Positions 24,528 through 38,007 of a DNA stretch of 64,000 nt are shown here, in pieces; within the stretch, counting starts at the first letter, position 1; each line of letters opens with the position of its first letter. Source of the DNA: Asterias rubens (Eukaryota). The notes beneath the pieces are model-generated. The model did no database searches. It was given only the letters and a program-made list of their open reading frames with translations, and was not told the origin of the DNA. The stretch is from contig NC_047077.1 in assembly GCF_902459465.1 (NCBI RefSeq), positions 12,028,001-12,092,000 on the forward strand, written 5' to 3'. Position numbers and translations under genes: made by a program.

Positions 24528-25386
24528 GTTTGTTGGGATCGTCTGTATCCTGATAGGTGGTATGCAAAGCACCGGAGAAGCTAACTCCCTAGTACACAAT
24601 CGGGTCAGAAGACACGGGCATCATCACTTTCATAACAAGGACCCGTGGAGTGGCCTCGAAGGGTCCTTGAAGCACGTATCGGTCGGTCTGGCAGGAGTGT
24701 GGGGTGTCAACTGTAAGGACCAAATCTACTATAGAGAAGACACGTACGAAGACGAGGTGTTAGGCAGTGATTGGGTTGAGATTGAAGGGAAACTTGTTCA
24801 AGTCGATGTTGGGGATGATGTTGTATGGGGTGTGAACAGTTGTCAAAACATTTACTATCGGGAGGGTATCTTGGGACGGAACCCCACGGGTAATGATTGG
24901 ATCCTCGTAGAGGGAAAATTGAAACACGTCAGCGTCAGTCAACGTGGGCATGTTTGGGGCGTTAACAAACACGATGATATCTACCATCGAATTGGGGCCA
25001 GCTTTTGGAATCCTGGCGGGGACAGCTGGAACAAAATTTGCGGTAAATTGAAGCAAATCTCAGTTGGTGAGGCGGGGGTGTGGGGCGTTAACTCAGCCCA
25101 TAACATATACTATAGGGATGGGACTTTTGGAGATCCAGAGTCGGACCCAAACGGTACTGGCTGGACACAAGTAGGCGGTCAGCTGAATTACATTAGCTCA
25201 GCTGAGAATGTGTACGGAGTGAACTGTAACGGTTGTGTGTTCAAACGTGTAGGCCGGTGTTCTACCAACCCAGTTGGTACAACATGGGAATCTCACCAGG
25301 GATCCCTGAAACAGATTGAATCCTTTTCATTAATGGTGTGGGGAACCAACAAGCATAACAATGTTTACGAGAAGGATCAAGAATGA
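24528..25386 (+). CDS. Secreted tectonin beta-propeller lectin 3, main coding exon (spliced protein 291 aa)
   Basis: Six tectonin blades. The open frame upstream of the ORF-track ATG encodes FVGIVCILIGG, the signal h-region, after branch site gctaac and acceptor aag|G. Joined CDS 876 nt. AATAAA at 25729-25734. Confidence 0.93.
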
Positions 25387-25398
25387 GGAGGGAGGACA

Positions 25399-25538
25399 AT
25401 GGGCTACTTTGGAACGCTAGGTGGCAGCAGATTTACCGGATAACTTTCCATTGTTTACGTACTTCTGCGTGTGCGCACGTTACTGAAAAAAAAATTACAT
25501 GGTAAGTCTGCTGCCACCTAGTGTCCTAAAGGTCTCCA
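25399..25538. mobile_element. Short MITE with CTCF-like motifs in its TIRs, just 3' of the lectin 3 stop
   Basis: cgctaggtggcagcagatttacc ... ggtaagtctgctgccacctagtg. Related copy at 38008-38142. Confidence 0.7.
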
Positions 25539-27550
25539 GTTTCCACTAAATCACTAGTTATTATTAGTTTATTAATATGTTTAACATTGGGTCGAGTTGA
25601 CTCGGGTCATGGGGTAATATTCTGCGGTATACAAAGGGTATATTTTATTAGTAGCTTCTGAATATACTTTTTTTGTTGTTGTAATGTGTGCAGTTGATTT
25701 CCGATGATTAAATTAAAATCGACAGGGTAATAAAATAGCACCAACAATATAAATTTTAAGAACCCGGATCTCAGACAATTCGTTAACTGTCACTAAACTT
25801 ACGCGTGTGTTGTAAGTCCAATCATACATTTACAAAACAAAAACACGCGTACATGAGCGCCGTGTGCCGTGCACACAACATTCGAGGTCCGATCAGGGCC
25901 CAATTTCATAAAGCTGTTTACCGGTAAGCACATTTTTCTAGCAGAAAAAATGCACGCAAGCATAAACATATTTCCACCATGAATTATCGAGTAAGTAGAA
26001 CTTTTTGAGGCGGGCATGCATGTCCAACCTGGATTTGCATTGCTACGTCACTTATGCTCACGAAACGGCTGCTTACATGTTTTATGACATTGTGCCCTGT
26101 ACGTCTTCTTCTTTGTTTTTTTAGTGGGTCTTGCTTAGATTTGTCAGTGTCACTGTTTCCATTGTAACATCAGTAATATATATTTTGTTTTCAATTGTTC
26201 GGTGTGTCACACAAACTTTTGAAGGTATAAACTTTGTCGTTTGAAGTGCTGGTATCTGTTAAAGTTGAATCTTGCACAATGTTATCTTGAAATTTCGGTA
26301 AAATAAATAGTAGTTATAATAAATTTGAATTGTACTTGTGTCACATTCTGTTTTTTTTTCACGCCGCTATACGTGCGCACGGCAGAAATAAAAAAATAAA
26401 ACATCAACAAAATTCCACACAAATCTGTTAGCTAATCTTAGATATGGAAAACTTCAGCTTATATAACATTATGGAAATATTGACTGCTATGTGGGGCACA
26501 GTTAAAACTATAGGCACAAGGTGATGTCAAAACCATGATTATGCCCAAAGCGAAGCTGAGGGCATAGCCATGGTTTTGACATCACCGAGGGTCTATAATT
26601 TTAACTGTTCCCCGATTATTAAACAGTCAATATTTCTTTTACATACCGAATAAAGATTATTCTAATCAACAACACTCTGACTATACGGTGACAGGTCGTC
26701 TGCGAATAAAGGTCACGCCGTGACACTGAACGCTAGTCGTACATTATACATATCATAGTTGCGTTTTTTTTTTCAGAGCGGGCATAGTCACTGTGACGTC
26801 ATCTTGATAGAAAAAAGGGGGCATAGCTATTTCCATGACTCCATTTTTAACCAATCAGATTAGATAATTATATACATGATGTATATAACAATGATTATAA
26901 CACCCTTATAAATATTCTGCGATGAGATCGGTTTCAGAGCGCGTCACTATGTTTTAGCTTTACTAGGAAGGTGCACTAGCCTCGAAGAACTATACCATGG
27001 CAACCAGGGCAATATAACATTAGCAACCAGTGTACTATACTGAGCTGCGCGGTACCAAGACGTCAATTTAAGTCTATAGCGTACACCGCGAACTACACAT
27101 CTCGAATCCAATCAGTTTTGCATCAGTGCTGTGTGTATCAATAGCGCAGACGAGCGTGTGCTAGGATAGTCTGTCACCCTTTTCAGATAACATGACCGAG
27201 TGCATTGTTCTTTTAATTTGTGCATTTGCTTCAGCTGAACACACCGTTGTATATTTCCATAACAATTTCCGGAACCCCCAGTTCGGGCTATGTATGGGGG
27301 TGTTATAAAAAAATATAATTTATTGGCCGCCTTTTACTCGTGCTACGGTTAAAATACGACTTCCTCGGTGATCCCCGGAGCGGAAAACAGAACGCTCAGA
27401 GCATCTCCTCGAGTGTTATAGTTAACATTCGAAGCAGTCAATATTTGTATGCTATGACTCATCCATGCCATCGCACTTTGCACGACAAAAAAATAAATAT
27501 CTATGACTCGGTGTTCCTTCCAAGATTTGTAATCAGGACGAGTCGACTTC

Positions 27551-27933
27551 TTAAAGGCAGTGAACACTATTGGTAATTACTCAAAATAATTATCAGCATG
27601 AAACCTCACTTGCTAACGAGTAATGGGGAGAGGTTGATAGTATAAAACATTGTGAGAAACGGCTCCCTCTGAAGTCACGTAGCTTTCGAGAATTTAATTT
27701 TCCACGAATTTAATTTCGAGACCTCAAGTTTAGAATTTAAGGTCTCGAAATCAAGCATCTGAAAGCACACAACTTCGTGTGACAAGGGTGTTTTTTCTTT
27801 CATAGTTATCTCGCAACTCCGACAACCAATCAAGCTCAAATTTTCACAGGTTTGTTATTTTATGCATATGTTGAGATACACCAAATGACAAGACTGGTCT
27901 TTGACAATTACCAATAGTGGCCATTGTCGTTAA
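27551..27933. mobile_element. MITE family A
   Basis: ttaaaggcagtgaacactattggtaatt left end; inverted right end. Confidence 0.85.
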
Positions 27934-29218
27934 TAGACTGGTCCTCTGTGTTTATCTGCAACGATAAAGACAGATACTTGATTTTTAGAACCAGTGATTT
28001 CATTTGATACAATGATGTCATTGGATAAACATGCAGTGAGTTACGTTAGCTTTCCGTATCTGTGTTTTGATTGGTCCGATGTGGGTGTGCAGCTGATTAA
28101 CGTAAACTTGGACCAATCAAAATAAAGATATGGACATTTTCCTTTCGGTCGTCTGCATGCAGTGTCCATATATACGATACATGTATATGTACTTGCATTT
28201 AATGTTGGTATGTAAAATATGATTTGACGGGGTGTATCCCTATTTGAAAAGATCGTATGTGATTATGGGCGGGGATCGTCTTGCTCAAAAAGAGGCCACT
28301 CTCTTGCGTAATTCACGACGTCAGATGTTCAGGCTAACTTCTTAGTTTACTCAATAAAGTTGTCTCGGCCAAACTCACCCTTTTGAGTCAGCAGTAACAA
28401 GTTGACTTCGTTAATTATTGATTGTCAAGGATCACGGCAAGTCACGGAGCTCCGTTCGTGTCTAAGGATCATTTTCATTGACAAGCTTTACAAATCTGAA
28501 AAGAACCCGAGTCTTTAAAGAAGCCATGGAACAATTTAAAGGCAATTCCAAAATTCCAACAATTTCATGAGAACCAAATCAAAATAAAGGCGATCAAGAC
28601 CAGTTTAACGGCGTCGACATGAATAAAAATGATGAGAATAACCATAATATTGTACACAATACTTTATGTACTCGGAACAATGTTTAAACAAAAGGAAAAA
28701 AACCAGAAAGTATTAACAAGAACAACCACCACCACTAGTAGCAATAACAATGAAGATAATCAAGGATCGGAACTGATTGACTTCAACTGGGTGAATTTCT
28801 TTTACTGACTAAAGAAGTCACTGCATGTTAGACTGGCTAAAGAAGTCAGACACCATTTACGTCTATTTTGTCTATATAGTCATTACAATTATAAATACCC
28901 ACCACCGGGTTTGATTATACTATTTCAGTACCATTTTAAGAGAAACATTTTTCTGTTGGATAGTCATCAAAGTTGATACATGTTAGCCTCCATTTAGACC
29001 TTCCCATAAAATTGCTAATTGCATAATACGCATGTATTGGTTGGCTACCGCCATTATGCATTAGACAGACGATAATGCGCCACGTCACTATCAACCCCAT
29101 TAGAAACGATGCGATGTAAAAACAATTGAAGTGTTTTATTTTTTAGTGCGAATGCGTGATGTGCAATTTGATATTTTTCATGAGAAGAGTCGGTTTGAAC
29201 ACTGCCTTTGCCCGGTCT

Positions 29219-30050
29219 TTAGTCTGAATCGGTAACGTAGATGTTATCGCCTGAGTTGACGCCCCAAACAACCGAGGACAGGGACTCAATTTGCTTCAAT
29301 CTGCCGGGAAGGGACCGCCATTGGCTGCCGGTTGGGTTGGAAGCAGATATACCCTCACGAGTGTAGATAACATCAGCAGCATTGACTCCGAAGATCCCTG
29401 TCGCTGAACTGACGTATTTCAAAGCACCAGGGACTCGTTCCCAGGTTGAACCGTTAGGATCTGACGCAGGATCACCGAAGGTTCCCACACGGTAGTAAAT
29501 GCTATCACCGGAGTTGACGCCCCATACTCCCGCATCACCCACCGAGATCTGCTTCAACTTGCCTGATATTTGTTTCCAGCTTCCCTCAGGATAGCAAATA
29601 GATCCCGCGATGCGGTGGTATATATTGTCATTTGAATTGACGCCCCAGACGTGACCATTCTGGCTGACGCTGACGTGTTTCAGAGCTCCAGCCACCTGAA
29701 CCCAAGATGTACCAGTGGGGGATGCATTCGAGATGCCAGCACGATAGTAGATGTTGTCGTTGGAGTTGACGCCCCATGCAACATCCTGACCAACATCGAT
29801 CTGCTTAAGTCTCCCACCTATACTAACCCAAGTAGACCCCCGATTAGCCTCGTCGCCATATGTGCTCACTCTATAGTAGATGACGTCACCACTGTTGACA
29901 CCCCACACGCCGGCTTGACCAATTGAAACATGTTTCAAAGCCCCACCGATCTGTTGCCACGAGATTTGTGTTTCGCTGTCCCTCTTATGCACTTCTTGGT
30001 TGGAAACATGGCTACGTACACCCGTTATTATGCACAGGAGTAGCGTCAAG
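29219..30050 (-). CDS. Secreted tectonin beta-propeller lectin 4, main coding exon (spliced protein 283 aa)
   Basis: Six consensus blades. Acceptor tatgtttag|C at 30050. Signal MAVAIYCLTLLLCIITGVRS. Joined CDS 852 nt. AATAAA (minus strand) at 29135-29140. Confidence 0.95.
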
Positions 30051-30846
30051 CTAAACATAGAGATACGACAGAAAAAAGTTATTTTGTGTAGCGCCCTCTC
30101 TCGGTTTAGTTCTATAGGTTTGTTACAAAGTGGCCGATGTTGAAAATTGTTTGAATATTTGCATTGTGTAGATAAATAGGAAGAAACTATTTTAATTGCA
30201 AAAACTGACTGAAAATGGGGGTGAATACACGTCTACTCCCCCGAGGGACTTTGAATGACATGAACCAGAAATAGGTCCCCCTTACAGGCCCAACAAGGGG
30301 GGGGGGGGGTTAGACGTGCACTAATTACCGAATTATGCCAGTCCGTATGTGTTTTATATTACTCTCACTCTTAAAAGTGAAAAAGAAAACAAGCTGGAAA
30401 AGGAAGGAAGTGTTTTAGTTACTGTTCACGGATAACGTCAAGAGATGGCACTGTAAACCAGTCACGCGATCACATGACTGTATGAGGGAGGTTTAGCTGC
30501 ACGTTAGCGAGCAAAATACTTGAACGTGAACGTCAGAAAATTCTGAAACGTGAAGTATAGCATTTCTCACGTCAGGTACGTACGTGCAGACTTCATACGC
30601 AAGCATAAAATAGGCCCAATGTGGTGACGTCACATAGAAACGACAATGACATACACGATCTCGTTTTTGCTTGCGTATCGTGCAGTTTAAAACCTCCATA
30701 TTAGTTCACCCGACGTGACCGTGTTTCAGCCAACCAGAAAACAAAACAAACAAGAGCGTGTTGTAATATTTTTTTCTGGCTGCTGTTGAGTTCAGTCAAA
30801 CTTGGTATGAAGTTTCGTTTTTTTGGGGTGTGTTTCCAGGACTGGC

Positions 30847-31223
30847 TTAAAGGCACTGGACACTAGGGGTAATTACTCAAAATAATTATCAGCATAAAAC
30901 CTCACTTGGTAACGAGTTATGGGGAGAGGTTGATAGTACAAAACATTGTGAGATACGGCTCCCTCTATTAAGTGGAGTAGTTTTCGAGAAAGAAGTGACT
31001 TTCCATGAGTTTGATTTCGAGACCTCAGATTTAGAATTTGAGGTCTCGAAATCAAGCATAATATGAAAGCTCACAACTTCGTGTGACGAGGGTGTTTTTT
31101 CTTTCTTTCACAGTTATCTCGCAACTCCGACGACCAGTCGGTTTGTTATTTATGCATATGTTGAGATACACCAAGTGAGAAGACTGGTCTTTGACAATTA
31201 CCAATAGTGTCCAGTGTATTTAA
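30847..31223. mobile_element. MITE family A in the lectin 4 intron
   Basis: TTAA-bounded TIRs as in other copies. Confidence 0.8.
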
Positions 31224-31799
31224 ACAGTTATCTTTTACTAGGAGCGATGTGCTGATGTTTGAATGGTTTACTCCTTTTAATTTTAACGTATATTTTAGCT
31301 TGGCCAAAAAAGTATTTTAGAGGGAAGGTACCCGTTTGGTAATAACTCAAAACAAATATTAACTTAAAAACTGACTTGGTAATGGGCATTGGAGAGCTGT
31401 TGTTAGTATAACACATTGTGAGAAACGGCTCCCTCTGAAGTAGCATAGATCTTAAAAAAGGGGTAATTTCTCACTAAAATAATAAAAGACTTTTCTGAAA
31501 GCACACAAATTTGTCAAACAAGGGTGTTTTTTCTCTCATTATTTACTCGCAACTTCGATGACCAAATTGTAATTGTATGCTTATGATGGGATACACCAAG
31601 TGGGAAGACTGGTCTTTGACAATTACCAAACGTGTACCTTCCCTTTATGGGAAGTATTCAGATTGTCTTGGGATTCGAACCTATCGCTATTCCAATTATT
31701 CTGCGGGTAGATTATTTCAAATGTCTCTTTTTATTTTACATATATATTTACTCGTCCATTTCTGCAAAACAAAGTAAAGTAGATTTCAATGTTGCTTAC

Positions 31800-31819
31800 C
31801 AATAAATTGCGACTGCCAT
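31800..31819 (-). CDS. Lectin 4 start-codon micro-exon (MAVAIY+TG)
   Basis: cctaacag| exon 31800-31860 ending ATG GCA GTC GCA ATT TAT TG|gtaagc; phase 2. Confidence 0.85.
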
Positions 31820-32059
31820 TCTTCCAAGATCGTTGGTAGATATGATAATATGTACTTGACCTGTTAGGAACAATGCAATAAAATCAGAAATATTGTATTT
31901 TCCCCGAATTTATGTCACCTGGGGCCATTTTCATAAAGCTATTCACCGGTGAAAATACTGCGTGTGCTTACTATAGCAAATAAATGCACGAAAGCAAAAC
32001 TATTTCAACATGTTTTCTAGGCATTTCTAGGCGCACATGAACGTTCATCGTGATTTTGC

Positions 32060-32344
32060 TTTGTTACGTCACTCACTTTAAAACCTCCGGTAACCAGTAT
32101 CTGCGACCTGTTCCAAAACTCCAATCGTTCGCATTCAAAGAACTAATTTACACAATTGGGGTGATCGTGCCTTTTCTATCGCAGCACCAAGGATGTGGAA
32201 TCATCTTCCTCAGAACACCAGACAATCAAGTTAGCAAGTTTCGAAATTTGCTTAAATCTCATCTTTTTCCCCAAGCTGTACGGCGCTATGACTACGACTG
32301 TTGGATTAAGGCCTCATAAATTGAACGATTGATTGATTGATTGA
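32060..32344 (+). mobile_element. L2/CR1-type LINE 3' end with (GATT)n tail
   Basis: A frame reads GDRAFSIAAPRMWNHLP. Ends in gattgattgattgattg. Confidence 0.8.
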
Positions 32345-34293
32345 TGTACCCTCTTGCTTATGGTTAACAGCTTCGTGAAATCTTTGAAACTAAAACCGGA
32401 GCCCCTTTGAACAGGGACACAGCGTAAAAGTGCACCAGGGTCAAACTAGTCCCGCGGCTCACCGGGGCCGTATTCCCCGGGGATAAAAGATACAGTGTGA
32501 ACAGGGCTATAGTGCTCCTGAATAGAACTGGGGTTCCTAGAGGTGGAAGGTAAGGAAAGACACAACTGCACCAACTTGGATGATATGGTGCACACACACC
32601 AAAGGGTCGGACTCAGTTCGCAAATGCAGAAGCAAGAGATGCAGTTGGAGAGCATTAATAGTTAATATATAAAACATTGCGAGAAACGGCTCCGCCTGAA
32701 GTTACGTAGTTCTTGAGAAGAGGTAAATTCTCACTCAATTAATAATTAGTTATTTCACCTGAAGCCTTTTATTAGGCATCTCAAACGAACAAATTGTGAA
32801 TCAATGATGTTTTTCCTTTCAACGTCAATACTTACATCAGCTTGTATCGCACCACGTACACTACCTTCTGAGAACAGACCAGTACCAAACACCTTACGGC
32901 AATGGATCGTTTAATTTAAATGTCCAGCTCTTTATGGTCAGCTTTTATGGAAGCAACGATCAACCTAATCAACATTGAACCAATTTCAGAGAGGCGCTTA
33001 AGCAGAAAAAAATTGCTTAACAGTTGTCTTGCTAAGCAGTAATGACATGGATACGGTCTCAAATTGTACATGTGACATGGTAGTTTGGCTGGTAACCTTA
33101 TTTTGGTAAGCATTTATTATTTTGCTGTGCTTAGCTACTATTTTGTGCTTATAAGCAGCTCTATAAACCTGGACCCTTATCTTATGACGGCCTTCGCGTA
33201 TACATACACGAGTACCATCAAAAACGGCAATGTATAATGTTCTATAACGAAACTCAAGGACTCCGTATTTCTAGCAGCGGGACACATTGAGGTCGAGAGG
33301 CAATTTAACCGGACTGTTGACCTCATGCAATTATTATAGTTGGTGTTGCTTTGTCTAAAGAGAACTTTGTGTCAAAGCATTGGACACGTTTTGTAATTAA
33401 ATACCAATATTCTTACCTTGGTGTATCACAACAAAATTTATAAACATTTTAAACTCTGTGAAAATGTTGACTCAATTTACTAATGTTCGTTGAAGTTGCA
33501 GGAGAATAATGTAAGAACAAGGAAGAACAAATTTGTGTGTTTTTAAAATTCATAAAAAAAAACTTCAGGCCTGAACTCTTGCATCAATTTCAAACATTGA
33601 GTTAAGAAATTGTTTCTCGCAATGTTGAAAATCTACAATACTTTCACTTGTTCACTAAATATAGTTGTTATTATGCTTATTATTTTTTTAAGTAATTACC
33701 AATGTGTCTTGTGTCTTTAACACTTGAGAGAAAGGCTAATTAATAAGTTAGCCTTCTGGTTGGGTTTAAATTATTATTAATTGGAAACTGGACATGAGCA
33801 TTATAAAGCTACGGGCAGTTTAATGACTATGTGGTGTGAGAAACTAAATGTTAGTTTAACCAATTAGTAACGACCTTGTTTGTATTATTGCAGGTACGTC
33901 CAATTATCAATCGATTGATTGCACATTGTGCCATCTACTTCAAGACACCTTGACACCTTTAGTAATTGTAAAATACCAGTATTTTCAATTGGTGTAATCC
34001 AACATAGTATGCAGAATATAACAAATTTTTGAAAATTTGGACTAACTTCATCATCGAATTTGCAAGAGAATAATGAACGAAAAACACCTTCGTTGCACAT
34101 TGTGTTTTCAGATTCCTAAGAGTGCCAAATAACCATTTTCTCAGGGAGCCAACTTCAGAGGGAGCCAATTCTCACAATATTTTATATTTATAACACACCT
34201 CTTGTTTGTACTTACAGCGCCCTCTCTTGACGTGGATCGTGAACAGACTACAAAACTTGCTTTCGTTTCCAGATTTCTGTTCTTATTTCACAT

Positions 34294-34680
34294 TTAAGGC
34301 AGTGGACACTATTGGTAATTACTCAAAATAATTATTAGCATAAAACCTTACTCGGTGACAAGTAATGGGGAGAGGTTGATAGTATAAAACCTTGTGAGAA
34401 ACGGCTCCCTCTGAAGTTACATAGTTTTCAAGAAATAAGTAAATTTTCCACGAATTTGATTTCGAGACCTCAGATTTATTTTTTGAGGTCTCGAAATCAA
34501 GCATCAGAAAGCACACAACTTCGTACGACAAGGTTTTTTTTCCCTTTCATTATTATCTCGCAAGTTCGACGACCGATTGAGCTCAAATTTTCACAGGTTT
34601 GTTATTTTATGCATATGTTGAGATACACCAAGTGAGAAGACTTGTCTTTGACAATTACCAATAGCGTCCAGGGTCTTTAA
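34294..34680. mobile_element. MITE family A
   Basis: TTAA-bounded TIRs and family internal sequence. Confidence 0.85.
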
Positions 34681-37055
34681 GACCAATGTGTGTTATTACA
34701 CATACTGACTGGCATAATTGGGTAACTAGTATACGTCTAGATTCCCCTCCGGCGTGTGAGTAATCCGAAGAAGGACCTATTTCTGGTAGGTCCCTCTTGT
34801 GGTCACTCAAAGTCCCTCGAAGAATGGACGTACCACTAGTTACCTCATTGCTAGTCAAAATGTGTATACTATCAACAACTCTCCATTGCTCGTTACCAAG
34901 TATCTTTTGCTAATAATTTTTCTTTTTTTGTAAAGTACCAATAGTGTCCAGTGCCTTTAAACTGGTTGTCAAAGCCGTGACCACGTCGTTTTTTTGTGTT
35001 AAGAGCCAACACAGAGTGAAGAGTATGAAGACACTAACTGTACCCGCGACTTAAACTATTATGCATTGATATTTAATTGTTGTCATATCATTCAAAGCTT
35101 TTAACATAACTTAAAGGAATATCACATAATTGGTTTTTGCTAACAAAAACATGTGCTGGCAGTGTAAGCACTGTATGTGATCATGGTGATCCACCAAAGT
35201 GACAAACTTGTTGAAGCTTTTTGATCGATCGAACAGCTGGGTCGCGAACGCAGTTGCAGCTACACCAGCAGCAGTAAAGAGTTGCACTTTGATATTTTGT
35301 ACACTTTTGTATTTTTCGTAAGTAATAAAATAGATTAAAATATCAGGCCTCTAGGTTTTGAAAAACTAAACAAAAAAAATTGCCGTCGACGGCGTGCATT
35401 AAAACGACAGTGCTTTGACGTCACGCTTGGGAGTTTGCTTTGTTTTATTATTTCAACGCACACAGGAACAAAGAAAGCGGCTATACAAATTGGTGCTCCC
35501 AACTATGACGTAACATTATAAGTGATGACGTGAAAGAGCTTTACGCGAAATCTTTCAGAAATGAAGGGTATTTGAATTGACTGTTCTGTATACATTTCGA
35601 ATATATTTAGAGTCATATGACCCGATTTCCTTATTGATTGATAAGTATTTTAACCATTTAGCCACTGTACCGCCTATAGCGATGCACTGTATGCGGTACG
35701 AGGAAACCTCGCTAGCTTGTGTTTGTAGAAAAAAAGGAACATCAAAAGAAAACTCGATAGTCATTAGTAGGTCTACGCATTTGTTAATATATCTAGTTGT
35801 TATATATCGTTATTAATTCTCCCTTCACAGTTGACTTGTCGAAGCTAATGATGATGAAATCATTTAGCTCTTACAAACAAAAAACGCTCATTAGTAAACA
35901 GGAAATTGTTCATCATTTATGATATTGTCGAAAATTAACGCCTTCGCATTTAATTAGTATGAGCATTGAGCCAGATAAAAGCCTTGAAAAGCTATTGTGT
36001 CCATTTTATCCGTGCACAAACATATTCGCCATAAAAATTACCGTAGCCGTTTAACGAGAGGCATTTATTGTTCCCATGAGAACTTGTACTTTTATACAAA
36101 TATTACCGAAAGGGTAAAAAATTGTGCCTACACTATAAGCCATGGCTATCTTTTAAAATTTGAACTACGATTCCAGTAATTTAATGCAAGAATCTTGAGA
36201 AATTGGATTTCAGCAAACTCGGGCGGTGCAGGGACTAAAGGGTTAAATGAAATTCTGCAGAGAACGACTAGCCATTTTTGCTTAAGCAGGTCTTTAATCA
36301 TAACAAAATAATGCTTTTATCGGGGATAAAAAAATAATGATTTATAGGACAAGTATCAACCAGCAAAACTACCTGTCACATACACACATTTTGACATGTA
36401 TCCTACTTGATTCTGCTTAGCAGACACAACTATTGTAAAGCAGCTCTATCTAATTTGGCCATGGTGGACAGTTGTAGGAGATTTCGTGCCCCCCCCCCTC
36501 CCCCACCCCCCCGCTAACTTTGGCAAACAGTGTACAAACTTCTTCTAACAGCGCCCTCTATTGAATCATTCCCTTTCAGCTTATTGCAAAACTATGAAGG
36601 ACAACATTTGCTGCGGGCAGATTTTAATCTAGGATACGTTATTCCCGAGCCTCAAATTATGACGTCAGGACCCGATTGAATAGAGCTGCTTGAAGCAGAG
36701 AATTATGCTTAAACAAAATACTTCTAAGCAAAACAAACAGGATACCAGTAATACAATGTACATGTGACATGGTATTTTAGCTAGTAACCTTATGCTGGTA
36801 ACAAAACTTGTATTATGCTTAGCTATTTGTTGTGTTTAAGCAGTTTTGTAAAATTGCGCCCTGATGTAATTCAGGCTAACACGGTCGTATGTGGTAGGAG
36901 GGAGATATTTCAGACACTTATGTAATGACTATCAGCTAGACTACAACACCCCGAATATGCCTTGTCCCAAATTGACTTGCTGCTAGTTTCCACGAGATAT
37001 ATTTCTCCCATTCCCTGGCCAAATAGTTAAAACTTTAAAGCCTCCCCTAAACAGG

Positions 37056-37431
37056 TTAAATACAGTGGACACTATTGGTAATTGTCAAAGACCAGTCTTC
37101 TCACTTCTCAATATGCATAAAATAACAAACCTGTGAAAATTTGAGCTCAATTGGTCGTCGAGGTTGCGAGATAATAATGAAAGAAAAAACACACTTGTCA
37201 ACCAGGTTGTGTGCGTTTAGATGGTTGATTTCGAGATCTCAAATTCTAAATCTAAGGTCTTGAAATCGAATTCGTGGAAAAATTACTTCCTTCTCGAAAA
37301 CTATGTCACTTCCGAGGGAGCTGTTTCTCACAATGTTTTATACCACAACCTCTCCCCATTACTCGTCACCAATTAAGGTTTTATGCTAATAATTATTTTG
37401 AGTAATTACCAATAGTGTCCACTGCCTTTAA
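37056..37431. mobile_element. MITE family A
   Basis: TTAA-bounded TIRs and family internal sequence. Confidence 0.85.
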
Positions 37432-38007
37432 AGCACATAGCTCCCAGGTTGTGATGCATTGTTGTTATTAAACAGTCTATTGACTGCATGACCAAATCAA
37501 AAAATTTGAGGGCCTACAACCTAAAGTATGATAATAATAAGCTTGGCGCATGAATTTTTGTCTAGTGTGGTGCACCCTGCAACAACGAGAGCAGTACACT
37601 ATCCACTATCGACGAAAGACGTCTTGGGACAAGACTAGCGAGTCTGTGCGTCACCTATCCAACTTTTGTTGGCCACCCGGAAAAAAAATGTAGAGAAAGA
37701 AATTGGCAAAATAGTCAGCAGATGTACGATTATAAATTACTCTTTATTTTAGGAACTGTTACATTTTGTTGTATTTCTTAATTGCATAACATTATTTCAA
37801 GATTTGTTTTAGTTAACTTTTCATTACATCTTTGGCGTTGCATATCACTGATTTAAACACAATTCGATTCTTATCCTGTTAGAAAACAATTCATTGACAC
37901 TCGCTTTATATTATTGTTATTATTTCAATCAAATTCCCGCATTTGTATTGTTCAAGTTTGTTCTTCTTTAAGAAGTTTGGAAATAAATGTGCGTTTGAAT
38001 GAAGTGA

